Shown here: piece after piece, positions 1-13,735 of the stretch
Numbering within the stretch: position 1 is the first letter of the stretch
Layout: every line of letters starts with the position of its first letter
Assembly: GCA_032718475.1 (NCBI GenBank)
Contig: JAUCBJ010007021.1
Coordinates: forward strand, 1-64,000
DNA from: Nemertoderma westbladi
Taxonomy: Eukaryota > Animalia > Xenacoelomorpha
Length of the DNA stretch: 64,000 nt
Direction of reading: 5' to 3'
Notes under the pieces: generated by a model
The model's database searches: none
What the model was told of the DNA's origin: nothing
The model's input: the letters and a program-made list of their open reading frames with translations, nothing else
Position numbers and translations under genes: made by a program

Positions 1-3000
1 TGACTTTGCGGAATCCGCTATAACTCGGCTAATATTAATCGTACGGGGACGAAAGTAACGCGGTTGGAAAGGGGAAGAGTGGTACTACCTTCGTATCGAA
101 TGGGGGTAAGATATTTATTAAAATTTCGGGTGGAAAAAAGGGGCCGTAAATTTCTACGTTTTTGTCCGTCTTTTTTCGAAATTTTATTTCCGAAATGTTT
201 AATTTGACAACGCGGGTAGGATTCCACTAATTCTTTTTTGAAACTCGTAGAAGACCATTGGGGCTACGTTCCTATCGAGTGGGGGTACAAAAAATATGTC
301 AACAATAGGGGCCAAAGAGGGCAAGAATATGTAAAATAGTTTTTATCGAATAATTTTTTATTTTTCACTTTAGTTGGTTAAGGTACATTTTATACAGTCA
401 ATATCGATACGGGGAATTCAAATATGCTATCGGTTTTGCTCCGCGGACGCTATTAAAAAAATGAGGGCCAAAAATAAAATTTCGCCCTTCAAACTTGCTT
501 CGCGGGAAATCGTCTAGCTCGAAAACTACTTAACTTACGGGAGATTTGTTTACACAGACTTATAGTGCGTTAAATTATCTATCTAACAGCGTTAGTTACA
601 GCGCATTAGCTTTTATACAACTGCTGCGGCAGACGATCGTGTGAAATAAAATATTTAAAAAAAGGGACGAAAATTTTTTTTTTTTTAATAAATCGCTACT
701 CTATGATAGTTTAGCTCTTTGCGCCAAAACTACCTGTAAAATGTAGCAAATTAACTCCGCTATCTTTTTTCTTAACATTTATAATTAAAATTACGAATTT
801 TAAGGGTCGAAAAATATCGCGTAATTTTGGCCCTTTTTTTCATTTTTTTTTGGGGCCAAAAATGACCCCCTCTCAAAAGATAGAAAAAAAAATTACGGCA
901 AAGAATATACAAATTTTATTGAATTTGGACCATCAGAACCGAAGTTAGAGCGATTTTAGTGAAAAAATAAAAAAAATTTTTTTACAAAAAAATAAGAATG
1001 GTCAATATTGGATTTCGTACCCACGAACTTAGGTTTCATTAACATGATTGATAACCACTAGACTACGTGACCAATATAATTTGAAATTTTCGAGTGACTA
1101 TTTTTAAACATCAATAACTTCGGTTCTATTGGGCCGTTTGATCTGAATCTTTTTTCATTGGATAGAGGATAGATTGTAGTGTGGGAAATAGGATACAACT
1201 TGGGAAAAGACGCATGTGCACTTAGTGCAAAATGCACTTAAATAGTGGACATTTTTTCGATATTTCAAACACTATTATTTCCAGTTCTATTCATCGTAGA
1301 ATGTTATTACTTGGGTTAAAATGTAGTTTGGAGTGATTTCTAACTATAATCTTAACATTTGTTTATCTTTTTATGTCTATAAAGTGACTTAAAATGTCCA
1401 TGAATATGGTCCAAAATCGCAAATGTCGCGATTTATTAAATTGGATTTTTGACACTTTTAGCGACTGACACTTGATCATGCACCATCGTAGATCGGTAGA
1501 GAATAGACATAAGTGTGTTAAATAGGAACCACCTTTAGGATCCGCTAAAGTGCACTTGTGCAAATATGTGTGCAAATGTGCAATTTTTTTTAATAAGGTC
1601 AAATGGTGTATTATTGGGTTCTTTTCGTTGCAGATAATTTATTTTCATATTAATATGTTGTATGGACCTTACTGAGCGCATTAGGAGTATGTGTACAAAT
1701 AACCGGTCCTTATAAGGGTTCAATTGTATAAATTAATAATAAATAAGGTTGTAATATTCTAAAAACCAGTGTGATCTTAAATGAACTTTAAACAATAAAT
1801 AGTAGAGATCAGATAACAAATGGACCACACAATTTATTAAAAGACTCGCACCTCTTTGGACTTAATATATGGCTTCAATTTTATTCAACAGTAGATATTT
1901 GGGGGAAGTTAGATAAACTGCATTTATGCAGTGAATCTAACTTCCCCCTTCATGATATAATATACCAAAGACACACTCTTTGGAGGACCTGTTGTTTACT
2001 ATGTAGACTTTGTTCAACCTAAACAACTTAAGTCAGATTAACAATATTATCCTGTAAAATTTCTAAGCAATGACTGGTATGAAAAATGCTGATCTTCGAA
2101 CTATGGTTCTGTAATTAAGTTTTATTACTTCAACTTTTATACGGATTTACCAGTGAAAGAAACCTAGAATCCATTATCACAATGTAACAGTATCAATAAC
2201 CATATCTATTCTATGTAGATCATAAGAGAGACATCCTTGATTCATATATTATAATTTCCGAGCTGAAATGTTTCGGTGACTATAACTTACAGGCTTCGTA
2301 TTATGTACAAACGACTGAGTAGTATATATTAATATTAATGGGTTACCGGTATATAGAACGAGTGTAGACTGGGAGCGAAAATATATTACATACAATTTCG
2401 AGTAATATAAAATTAACGAGTCCAGTTCGTCTCCCCTCGTGTAATTCGACGCATACCCCCCCCCCCCCCCCCCCCCTCCACACTTTTCCCTTTACCTCGT
2501 GGTCTTTCTTTAAGTATAACTTCATTTTGGGTCCACCTTGGTGGGAAGAAATATCTTTTAAAAACATTCAGTAAGGGCGGCGTCGAGTGAGGTGAATTCG
2601 CCGCCCCTCTAAAGGACGCAGTCTACATAGAGGACGCGTAGTTACTGCGAAAACGGTGTTCCCCCCCCATTCGACCTATTTCCAGCCGTACGATTTTCTC
2701 GATTTTTCGAGGGGGGACGCGTAATGCCAAAAAAATAAGATTCTTCAGAGCTTTTAGCGAATCTATCGTTTTGACGGACATGACGGACAATTTTCTGGTT
2801 TTTTTGTCTTTTTTTCACTAGGACTCTTAAAAAACCTCTATTTGACGCATCCATAGACACCGAGAATCGAAAGAGGGGGTCTAAATTAGACGTTTCCACA
2901 TCTTGGAATACCCCGCCTCCGGGCTTGTTTTCCGTCTATTGTCCGTCAAAGTTGAAAAAACGGACAAAATGACTTTGCGGAATCCGCTATAACTCGGCTA

Positions 3001-6000
3001 ATATTAATCGTACGGGGACGAAAGTAACGCGGTTGGAAAGGGGAAGAGTGGTACTACCTTCGTATCGAATGGGGGTAAGATATTTATTAAAATTTCGGGT
3101 GGAAAAAAGGGGCCGTAAATTTCTACGTTTTTGTCCGTCTTTTTTCGAAATTTTATTTCCGAAATGTTTAATTTGACAACGCGGGTAGGATTCCACTAAT
3201 TCTTTTTTGAAACTCGTAGAAGACCATTGGGGCTACGTTCCTATCGAGTGGGGGTACAAAAAATATGTCAACAATAGGGGCCAAAGAGGGCAAGAATATG
3301 TAAAATAGTTTTTATCGAATAATTTTTTATTTTTCACTTTAGTTGGTTAAGGTACATTTTATACAGTCAATATCGATACGGGGAATTCAAATATGCTATC
3401 GGTTTTGCTCCGCGGACGCTATTAAAAAAATGAGGGCCAAAAATAAAATTTCGCCCTTCAAACTTGCTTCGCGGGAAATCGTCTAGCTCGAAAACTACTT
3501 AACTTACGGGAGATTTGTTTACACAGACTTATAGTGCGTTAAATTATCTATCTAACAGCGTTAGTTACAGCGCATTAGCTTTTATACAACTGCTGCGGCA
3601 GACGATCGTGTGAAATAAAATATTTAAAAAAAGGGACGAAAATTTTTTTTTTTTTAATAAATCGCTACTCTATGATAGTTTAGCTCTTTGCGCCAAAACT
3701 ACCTGTAAAATGTAGCAAATTAACTCCGCTATCTTTTTTCTTAACATTTATAATTAAAATTACGAATTTTAAGGGTCGAAAAATATCGCGTAATTTTGGC
3801 CCTTTTTTTCATTTTTTTTTGGGGCCAAAAATGACCCCCTCTCAAAAGATAGAAAAAAAAATTACGGCAAAGAATATACAAATTTTATTGAATTTGGACC
3901 ATCAGAACCGAAGTTAGAGCGATTTTAGTGAAAAAATAAAAAAAAATTTTTTACAAAAAAATAAGAATGGTCAATATTGGATTTCGTACCCACGAACTTA
4001 GGTTTCATTAACATGATTGATAACCACTAGACTACGTGACCAATATAATTTGAAATTTTCGAGTGACTATTTTTAAACATCAATAACTTCGGTTCTATTG
4101 GGCCGTTTGATCTGAATCTTTTTTCATTGGATAGAGGATAGATTGTAGTGTGGGAAATAGGATACAACTTGGGAAAAGACGCATGTGCACTTAGTGCAAA
4201 ATGCACTTAAATAGTGGACATTTTTTCGATATTTCAAACACTATTATTTCCAGTTCTATTCATCGTAGAATGTTATTACTTGGGTTAAAATGTAGTTTGG
4301 AGTGATTTCTAACTATAATCTTAACATTTGTTTATCTTTTTATGTCTATAAAGTGACTTAAAATGTCCATGAATATGGTCCAAAATCGCAAATGTCGCGA
4401 TTTATTAAATTGGATTTTTGACACTTTTAGCGACTGACACTTGATCATGCACCATCGTAGATCGGTAGAGAATAGACATAAGTGTGTTAAATAGGAACCA
4501 CCTTTAGGATCCGCTAAAGTGCACTTGTGCAAATATGTGTGCAAATGTGCAATTTTTTTTAATAAGGTCAAATGGTGTATTATTGGGTTCTTTTCGTTGC
4601 AGATAATTTATTTTCATATTAATATGTTGTATGGACCTTACTGAGCGCATTAGGAGTATGTGTACAAATAACCGGTCCTTATAAGGGTTCAATTGTATAA
4701 ATTAATAATAAATAAGGTTGTAATATTCTAAAAACCAGTGTGATCTTAAATGAACTTTAAACAATAAATAGTAGAGATCAGATAACAAATGGACCACACA
4801 ATTTATTAAAAGACTCGCACCTCTTTGGACTTAATATATGGCTTCAATTTTATTCAACAGTAGATATTTGGGGGAAGTTAGATAAACTGCATTTATGCAG
4901 TGAATCTAACTTCCCCCTTCATGATATAATATACCAAAGACACACTCTTTGGAGGACCTGTTGTTTACAATGTAGACTTTGTTCAACCTAAACAACTTAA
5001 GTCAGATTAACAATATTATCCTGTAAAATTTCTAAGCAATGACTGGTATGAAAAATGCTGATCTTCGAACTATGGTTCTGTAATTAAGTTTTATTACTTC
5101 AACTTTTATACGGATTTACCAGTGAAAGAAACCTAGAATCCATTATCACAATGTAACAGTATCAATAACCATATCTATTCTATGTAGATCATAAGAGAGA
5201 CATCCTTGATTCATATATTATAATTTCCGAGCTGAAATGTTTCGGTGACTATAACTTACAGGCTTCGTATTATGTACAAACGACTGAGTAGTATATATTA
5301 ATATTACTGGGTTACCGGTATATAGAACAAGTGTAGACTGGAAGCGAAAATATATTACATACAATTTCGAGTAATATAAAATTAACGAGTCCAGTTCGTC
5401 TCCCCTCGTGTAATTCGACGCATACCCCCCCCCCCCCCCCCCCCCCTCCACACTTTTTCCTTTACCTCGTGGTCTTTCTCTAAGTATAACTTCATTTTGG
5501 GTCCACCTTGGTGGGATAAATATTTCTCCATTTGACGCAACACCGCCGCGGCCGCTATGAGGGAGGTGAATACCGCGGCCGCTCCTAAAGCCGCAGGCCA
5601 TCGCTAACTATATAGGTTAACTTGGGATTCTGGGGGACTTTTCGATGAAGGAACTGACCAAATTTTTTTATTTTCTCACCAGGGGAGCGGCTCGGAATTC
5701 TAAGATATTAGCAACTCTAACATTATTAAATCTAACCCTTCGACGGACACGGCGGACAAAAAACCGTCATTTTTTCGACAATTTTAAAATTTTTTTGAAA
5801 GGCGCTCTACAGTGGCTCGAAAAAACCCTAGGTTATTGCTTAGCCGACGCCGGGATACGATAGAAGGGATTAATTAGTGAATTCGTTTTTTTTTTCAAAA
5901 AAGATTACCACGCCTTTTTTCCGAAAATGTCCGTCAAAGTTGAAAAAACGGACAAAATGACTTTGCGGGATCCGCTATAACTCGGCTAATATTAATCGTA

Positions 6001-7970
6001 CGGGGACGAAAGTAACGCGGTTGGAAAGGGGAAGAGTGGTACTACCTTCGTATCGAATGGGGGTAAGATATTTATTAAAATTTCGGGTGGAAAAAGGGGC
6101 TGTAAATTTGTACGTTTTTGTCCGTCTTTTTTGGAAAACTTATTTCCGAAATGTTTAATTCGACAACGCGGGTAGGAATCCACTAATTCTTTTATGAAAC
6201 TCGTAGAAGACCATTGGGGCTACGTTCCTATCGAATGGGGGTACAAAAAATATGTCGGCAATAGGGGCCAAAAAGGGCCAGAATTTGTAAAGTAGTTTTT
6301 ATCGAATAATTTTTTATTTTTAACTTTAGTTGGTTAAGGTACATTCTATACAGTCAATATCCATACGGGGAATTCAAATATGCTATCGGTTTTGCTCCAA
6401 GGATGATATTAAAAAAATGAGGGCCAAAATTATAATTTCGCGCTTCAAACTTGCTTCGCGGGAAATCGTCTAGCTCGAAAACTACTTAACTTACGGGAGA
6501 TTTGTTTACACAGACTTATAGTGCGTTAAATTATCTATCTAACAGCGTTAATCACAGCGCCGGAGGTATTATAAAACTGGAGCGGCAGGCGATCGTGTGA
6601 AATATAATATTTATAAAAAGGGACGAAAAATTTTTTTTTTTAACAAATCGCTATTCCATTATAATTTAGCGTATTGCGCCAAAAGTACCTGTAAAAAGTA
6701 TCAAATTAACTCCGCTATCTTTTATCTTAACATATATAATTAAAATTACGAATTTTAAGGGTCGAAATATATCGCGTTATTTTGGCCCTTTTTTTTAATT
6801 TTTTTGGGGCCAAAAATAACCCCTTCTCAAAAGATTAAGAAAAAAATTACGGCAAAGAATATACCAATTTTATTGAATTTGGACCACCAGAACCGAAGTT
6901 AGAGCGATTTTAGTGAAAAAATAAAAATAATTTTTTTTGCAAAAAAATTAAGAATGGTCAGGTCAATATTGGATTTCGAACCCGCGAACTTAGGTTTCAT
7001 TAACGTGATTGATAACCACTAGACTATGTGACCAAGAGAATTTGAAATTTTCGAGGACTATTTTTAAACATAAATAACTTCGGTTCTACAGGGCCGTTTA
7101 ATCTGAAACTTTTTTCATTGGATAGAGAATAGATTGTAGTGTGTGAAATAGGATAAAACTTGGGAAAAGACTTATGTGCACTTAGTGCAAAATGCACTTA
7201 AATAGTGAACATTTTTTCGATATTTCAAACACTATTATTTCCAGTTCTATTCATCGTAGAATGTTATTTTTTGGATTAAAATGTAGTTTGGAATGATTTC
7301 TAACTATAATCGTAACATTTGTTTAACTTTTTATGTCTAGAAAGTGACTTAAAATGTCCATGAATATGGTCCAAAATCGCAAATCCAGATTTATTAAAAT
7401 GGATTTTTGACACTTTTAGCGACTGACACTTGATCATACACCATCGTAGATCGGTAGAGGATAAACATAAGTTTGTTAAATAAGAGCCACCATTACGATC
7501 TGCTAAAGTGCATTTGTACAAATAAGTGTGCAAAAGTGCAAATTTTTTAATAAGGTCAAATTATATAGTATTGGGTTATTTTCTTTGCAGATACTTTATT
7601 TTCATATTAATATGTTGTTTGAACCTTACTGAGCGCATTAGGGGATATGCGTACAAATAACCGGCCCTTATGAGGCTTCGACTTCGATTGGGTAAATTAA
7701 TAAAACATAATGTTGTATAGTATAATATTCTAAAAACCAGTGTGATATTAAATGCACTTAAAACAATAAATAGAGATCAAACAACAATTGGACCACACAA
7801 TTAAAAACTCGCACAATTTTGTACTTATTATATCGCTTCAAATTAATTCAACAGTGGATATTTGGGGGAAGGGGGAAGTTACAGTGTGCATTCGGGGGAA
7901 GTTTGGTGAACTGCATTTATGCAGTGAATCCAAACTTCCCCCTTTGATATATCATATACTTAAGACATGC
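1..7970. repeat. Tandem array of a ~2.97-kb non-coding unit (copies 1-2969, 2970-5957, 5958-~7970)
   Basis: tgactttgcggaatccgctataactcgg recurs at 1 and 2970, and with one substitution at 5958. Copies 1 and 2 are nearly identical; copy 3 is visibly diverged and fades at ~7970. No credible ORF. Confidence 0.92.
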
Positions 7971-8633
7971 TAGGGTGACGGGGAAATATTTGTTACTGTC
8001 ACACTTTGCTTCCATTTATCCTATCCTTTATTATTACCCCAGTCAGATAAGAGATAATAAATCAGTAAATACTAAACTAAACTGTCTTTCATGCAAACAA
8101 ATTTCTAACTAAAGACGGGTGAATGACCATGACCATGGAAATAATTTTAAATATAATTGTATATCAACTATTTGGGGAGGCTTCCAAGTTAAACCCGAAA
8201 ACAATTATTTTGTTACATAGTAAATAACGTTGTATGTTCTTCTTCCTCTCACAATAAAATATAAATGAAATATCTCAGATCGCTATGCCCTGTAACATTT
8301 CACAACCAAAATATTTAAGTGTGAAAAGTGTAGGCCTACCACACTCCGCCCAAATAACCGCAAACGCATAGCCAACAAATTTAACAAAAGGTTACATACA
8401 TGTTGGGTTCATGACGAGATGAGTGAAAATTGAGCGCGTAATATAAAGTAAAAAATTAAGAGTCGGGCTGGCTCTCCTCCACTTTCTTACCCAATGGAAA
8501 TGTTGTTGTAATAATCTAATATTGGGGCGGCTTTCTCTCGGTCGAGGTTCTACAGTATATTATAAATATACATTAGTTTTACAGTATATGGTATTGCCTT
8601 TATGCACATAATTAACAATTTTTATCATTGTTA

Positions 8634-9694
8634 ATGTTACGTCTACTATATTTGATATATTTGAGCATTTATCTCTCAACCCCGATTGTTCATCTATTTG
8701 CCATCGATATATCTGAGCCAGTACGTCTAGATGAACGTTCGGTGCGAATAACATGTTCCTTACGAGAAAAACTGAAAGCGAATGAAACGGCAGAATTCCA
8801 CTGGACACAACGCTATGGGGAACCAATCAACAATGGAGAGCGTATGAAAGTGGTTAACAAGGAAACTCGATCGAAACTGATCATCAAGTACGCTCTGCAA
8901 GTAAGGTTACACACGTCCTGGGTAACAGGTACCTATACATGTCATGTCACTATTGGCAATGAGACAGTTTCTGCTTCCACCCAGTATTGGTCGCACTGTG
9001 ATGTGAATGCCACGGTAGACCCACTGTGCACCGATGTTCTTCAGTTTCAGCCATTGCATCTCCTCAGCTCGTTCCATGGGTTGCAACTCCAAAATGCAGA
9101 TCGCATTACGGAAGCATTGCGACTATGGCACACCGATATGGCGCCCAACATTGTGCCTGAATGCCTACCATATGCGCGATTCGTGTACTGCATGGACGTG
9201 TACCGGCCATGCACCCAACTCGAGACCCCTCGACCGCTATGCAAGGAGTCATGTCGGATGATTCGTGATATTCACTGTAAGTACGAATACTGGGAGTGGT
9301 CCTTAGGTACTGCTGGTTGTGATGATGACTATTATGGCAATGACAACGACTACTATGGTAACGAAAACAATGATTACGAGGAATTGGAATCCGAAGACCA
9401 CCCGGAATGCATAAACATACCTACTTTCCCTACGCCTATAGAAGCAGCAGTAACAATAACAAGCCAAAATGTTGCAACACCTTTCCGAAACCGAACCAAC
9501 TATAAGTTGCTCTGCTCTATACTTGGAGGCACTGCAGGGTTTGCTGTTACTTTAGCCTTAGTGTCCATTCTGGTATATATTTATCGTAAGCACAACGCCC
9601 GTATCGAGCGAGTGCATAGCGTGTTCTACCAGCCACCAAAGACTCCTCGTGAAATATCAGCGCAGTTGACAGAAGTTCACTGGGATTCCATCAG
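8634..9694 (+). CDS. ROR/MuSK-like receptor tyrosine kinase, exon 1 (signal peptide, Ig-like domain, Frizzled CRD, TM)
   Basis: ATG at 8634 and a hydrophobic N-terminus. Ig motifs ITC..FHW..GTYTCHV. CRD-type C..YARFVYCMDVYRPC..PRPLCKESC..C. TM LLCSILGGTAGFAVTLALVSILVYIY followed by RKH. Donor AG|GTACC at 9694/9695, phase 2. Confidence 0.88.
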
Positions 9695-9949
9695 GTACCC
9701 AATAAAAGTTTACTGAAAATTTATTTTTTTCAACTACTTTATTCAAAAAATTAATTATTTATATAATTTATCATGGATCCGATGAATTTTACACCCATAT
9801 TTCTCTATGGCTGTACTGCCAAGATTTATAGTTAGTGTGTATAATTAATCATAGTGGCAATGATAGTATGGTTAATACACATATACTATCCTTTCATTGG
9901 AGCGAGTGGTTGAAGTCGGCCATGAACACTGAATAGTTGGATTGTACAC

Positions 9950-10890
9950 AGTGCCATTCTGTGCTGCATTGCAGCTGCACATTGAAATGCTATGCTGGCT
10001 TAGCAAAAATATTTTTGCAACCACCGCAATTGGCATGCTCAAATGCAGTGTGCATTAAGAAAGCTATGTTGGTTTATCACCAAAGTTGCACTGGCACCAG
10101 CTACGCGAGATTATCCGCATCTTCAATGCCAGTGTCCTTTAATTAAGAGGCGTCTCAAGAAAGTCATGGGCTGTCCACCATGCTTATTTTATCCAGGAGG
10201 CTGCCAAAGCGCCAAAGCGCAAGATTGTGCACAGGCTGGTCCTCATGGCGAAAGTGGAGACGGCTTTTTTCAAGTGTCAACCTTGGGGGGACCAGAGACA
10301 CGTTATATATATATATATATATATAGCTATTATATATATAGCGTTATACCAGATACATGTTATTGTTATATACAGTAGTGTCTCGTTGGATATGTGTGCA
10401 TTCTACTTGACACAGTGAACCCGATGTAGCATTCTTTTGTATGTGTCGTACAGAAGGTCCTCTCCATGATTCCAGGTAACAGAAGTCGGCCACATGCTCA
10501 AGCATGCCTTACGATCAGACATTTCCTGATGACTTTCGAAGTTAACTGTCAAGATTGTGGCCTGCTTAACATAAATAATGAAAAAAAAGTTAACAAAAAG
10601 ACCAACACTAGTAGCAGGATCCGTTGGGCTACCTCTAGTGATTCTGAGAGTACTCCTAAGTCATCAGCAAAGTCTAGATCAGTTAGGTACTTGGAAGGAT
10701 TTCCTCGACTTCTGGAGTCAGTACCGGTAGGTGGTGTTATCATCACCCCAACGTCATTGTGATGATCTAAGGACATGCGTAGAACATAGTGAACAGAGAA
10801 CAATAATGAATAAGAATGGTGAAAGTATGTCAACCTGGTAGACTCCTCATAACACTTCGAATGGCTCCATTCTAGAGTAACAAAAAGTGA
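9950..10890 (-). mobile_element. Degenerate RTE-type LINE fragment in the RTK intron
   Basis: Translates YLTDLDFADDLGVLSES. Collinear with the RTE copy at 24842-26272, with deletions and an (AT)n insertion. Confidence 0.8.
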
Positions 10891-10944
10891 GTAACCTACC
10901 AAATTTAAAATCAGGATTTTATTGTGTTATATTTTTTTTTTCAG

Positions 10945-11860
10945 TTATGTCAAGAAGCTGGGTAGTGGGCAGTTTGGAGACGTCTACTTGGCCAAGGTCT
11001 ATGGTCTGGACCTGTCATTGCCAGACTTACCACTGAAAGTCGCTGTAAAAATACCAAAAGTAAGTGGCATCGATAATGAAAGACTTTTGCAGGATTTTGA
11101 GGGAGAGCTAGCCATCTCAGTCTCAATGGAACACTGTAAAATAGTGAGAACATTAGCGGTGTGTCGCAATATAATGGAAAAACCAGTCGCAATGCTAACA
11201 GAGTACATGAATCTAGGTGATCTGCACCAATATCTCAAAGATCAGGCAACTACCACAGACCATCGTCCTAACCAGTTTGTTGGGTTTGCCGTAGATTTGG
11301 CTGAGGGTTTGCAACACCTAGCATCGAACCATCTGGTTCATCGTGATGTGGCTGCTCGCAATGTCCTTCTCAGCTGTCGGAGACTTAACCAAGATGGGAC
11401 ACCCATCGGTGACATCACTGCGAAACTAGCAGACTTTGGGATGAGTCGTGACGTATATAACTCAGACTACTACCGGATGGAGGAGTCGAAAGCTCTGCCC
11501 TTCCGTTGGACTTCACCTGAGGCGTTGAGATTCTGGCGGTTTTCCCCTGCATCTGATATGTACAGCTTTGGGGTGACCATCTGGGAGATGTACTCTTATG
11601 GTGAAATCCCCTTTCCTGCATTGAAGGGTGTTACTGGTACGGCATTTGTTGATGCGATTTGGAATGGCGCCACACTGCCTCGCCCATCTGACTGCCCCCT
11701 GGCTATCTACTCATTGATACGAGATTGCACCGCCTTTTTCGAGTCAGACAGACCCACTTTCGATTCGCTGCTTAGTCGATTAGCTGTGTGGAATGCTATG
11801 GGTTCCATACCAGAATGGCCAGATAAGAGTCGTTGTATATCTATTGGTAATGAAGGGTAA
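10945..11860 (+). CDS. ROR/MuSK-like receptor tyrosine kinase, exon 2 (whole kinase domain)
   Basis: Acceptor ttttttttttcag ends at 10944; the phase-2 join reads ...WDSIS-YVKKLGSGQFG. Motifs VAVK, HRDVAARN, DFGMSRDVYNSDYYR (YxxDYY loop as in ROR/MuSK/Trk/DDR) and LPFRWTSPE. Confidence 0.92.
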
Positions 11861-12904
11861 TCAGAAATCGAATATGGAGTGTTAAGGAAACTATATCAAC
11901 TGCCTTTGATTTCAACTATATTTAATTTAATTAAAAATTCATAATTTGTGTTAAGATGGTACTTCCTTACTCTATTCTTAATATTATCATGCTTTGGATT
12001 GGTACAGTATTTTTATGCCTTAGTTTTAGAGTAGTAGTTAGTTTGGTTATAATTTGTTTTATAATACAGTTTGAGACTTAGATGTTGTAGCCATAACAAT
12101 ATACGGGTGTGAGCTGTGGTGGTCTTGACTGATTTGTTTTCGACTCATTTAGCTGGGGATTTTTCCCAGATGCATAACTCTATTATCGCACATATGGCGG
12201 AGGTGATCCATGAATCCGGACCGAATCGTCTCGTTCCCTTGTGCTGGCTGATTGAGTAAACATGGTTTGTTCTACAGCACCTACGACCAAGAATGGTCTA
12301 GTCAGTGTGAGTTCTGGTAGAACTGGGAGCCCCGTAGGGTGCACTGTCATAGCTCATAGGTGGCTTGTTCACTACCTATAAACAGCGGCTGCGGCATCCA
12401 CTTCGACAAGTCGCCACCAGTGGTGGTCAAAATCTGCCTCATATATGGAGAGGGATTGTCAGCAGATTGTTAGGTCCGCTGAACGGGCCAGGAGGTCTCA
12501 CTACTTTGATGTGTCGTCGCCTTACCAGTCCTAGATAAGGGACCGGTCGAGGGTTTGATATTTATTAATAAATCTCTACTTGATATCTAATAAAAACACC
12601 CACCAAAATAAAATAAAAAAAAATTAAGGGCAAAGGGCCGCGCCTCGATCCCACCACACTCGGTTTGGTTTGTATTATTTTAAATTTCAGAACCACCACC
12701 AGTATTCCGCCTTTCTATTGTCCTACCATCCACCATTTCTCATTAATACGTGGGTGGGCCAAAGCTACACTAGCACTGCTATAGTGGAGGCCCACCCATC
12801 CATCCCTAGTACCCAGCAGATTCTGTGCGGTGCTGGGAACAATGTTATGTTAGTCATGCTTTTTGAGAATAAGAAAATAATTCTAATTCTAATTCTGATA
12901 TAAA

Positions 12905-12985
12905 GGACTTTTCTCAAACGCCTGCTCAAGGACACCGGTCTTGAGAATAGGGATGAACTGGGAAAGTGTATGGCTGAGATCTGGG
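12905..12985 (+). mobile_element. 3' coding tip of an RTE LINE that seeds the satellite
   Basis: Reads TFLKRLLKDTGLENRDELGKCMAEIWG, similar to MTFLRRILKDTGLKDADDLANVMGDRELW at the C-terminus of ORF 24881-25591. Confidence 0.75.
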
Positions 12986-13735
12986 GAGCTGTGTATGACT
13001 GACCGTGAGATCCGGGGAGCTGTGTATGGCTGACCGTGAGATCTGGGGAGCTGTGTATGGCTGACCGTGAGATCTGGGGAGCTGTGTATGGCTGACCTTG
13101 AGATCTGGGGAGCTGTGTATGGCTGACCGTGAGATCTAGGGAGCTGTGTATGGCTGACCGTGAGATCTGGGGAGCTGTGTATGGCTGACCGTGAGATCTG
13201 GGGAGCTGTGTATGGCTGACCGTGAGATCTGGGGAGCTGTGTATGGCTGACCGTGAGATCTGGGGAGCTGTGTATGACTGAACGTGAGATCTGGGGAGCT
13301 GTTTATGGTTGACCGTGAGATCTGGGGAGCTGTGTATGGCTGACCGTGAGATCTGGGGAGCTGTGTATGGCTGACCGTGAGATCTGGGGAGCTGTGTATG
13401 GCTGACCGTGAGATCTGGGGAGCTGTGTATGGCTGACTGTGAGATCTGGGGAGCTGTGTATGGCTGACTGTGAGATCTGGGGAGCTGTGTATGGCTGACC
13501 GTGATATCTGGGGAGCTGTGTATCGCTGACTGTGAGTACTGGGGCGCTGTGTTTGACTGACCGTGAGATCTGGGGAGCTGTGAATGGCTAACCGTGAGAT
13601 CTGGGGAGCTGTGTATGGTTGACCTTGAGATCTGGGGAGCTGTGTATGGCTGACCGTGAGATCTGGGGAGGTGTGTATGGCTGACGTTGATATCTGGGGA
13701 GCTGTGTATGGCTGACCGTGAGATCTGGGGAGCTA
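12965..13735 (+). repeat. 31-bp tandem repeat (gtgagatctggggagctgtgtatggctgacc)
   Basis: Period read directly, e.g. 13021 to 13052. Confidence 0.93.

Noticed and set aside
1-7970. Possible 5S rDNA, snRNA or histone tandem unit, and short ORFs in the 3-kb repeat
   Set aside because: No recognisable RNA gene or protein motif, and the ORFs are not preserved in copy 3.
9695-9716. Treating ORF 8628-9716 as a stand-alone kinase-less receptor
   Set aside because: A phase-matched GT-AG intron joins it to the kinase exon, although an intron-retained isoform cannot be excluded.
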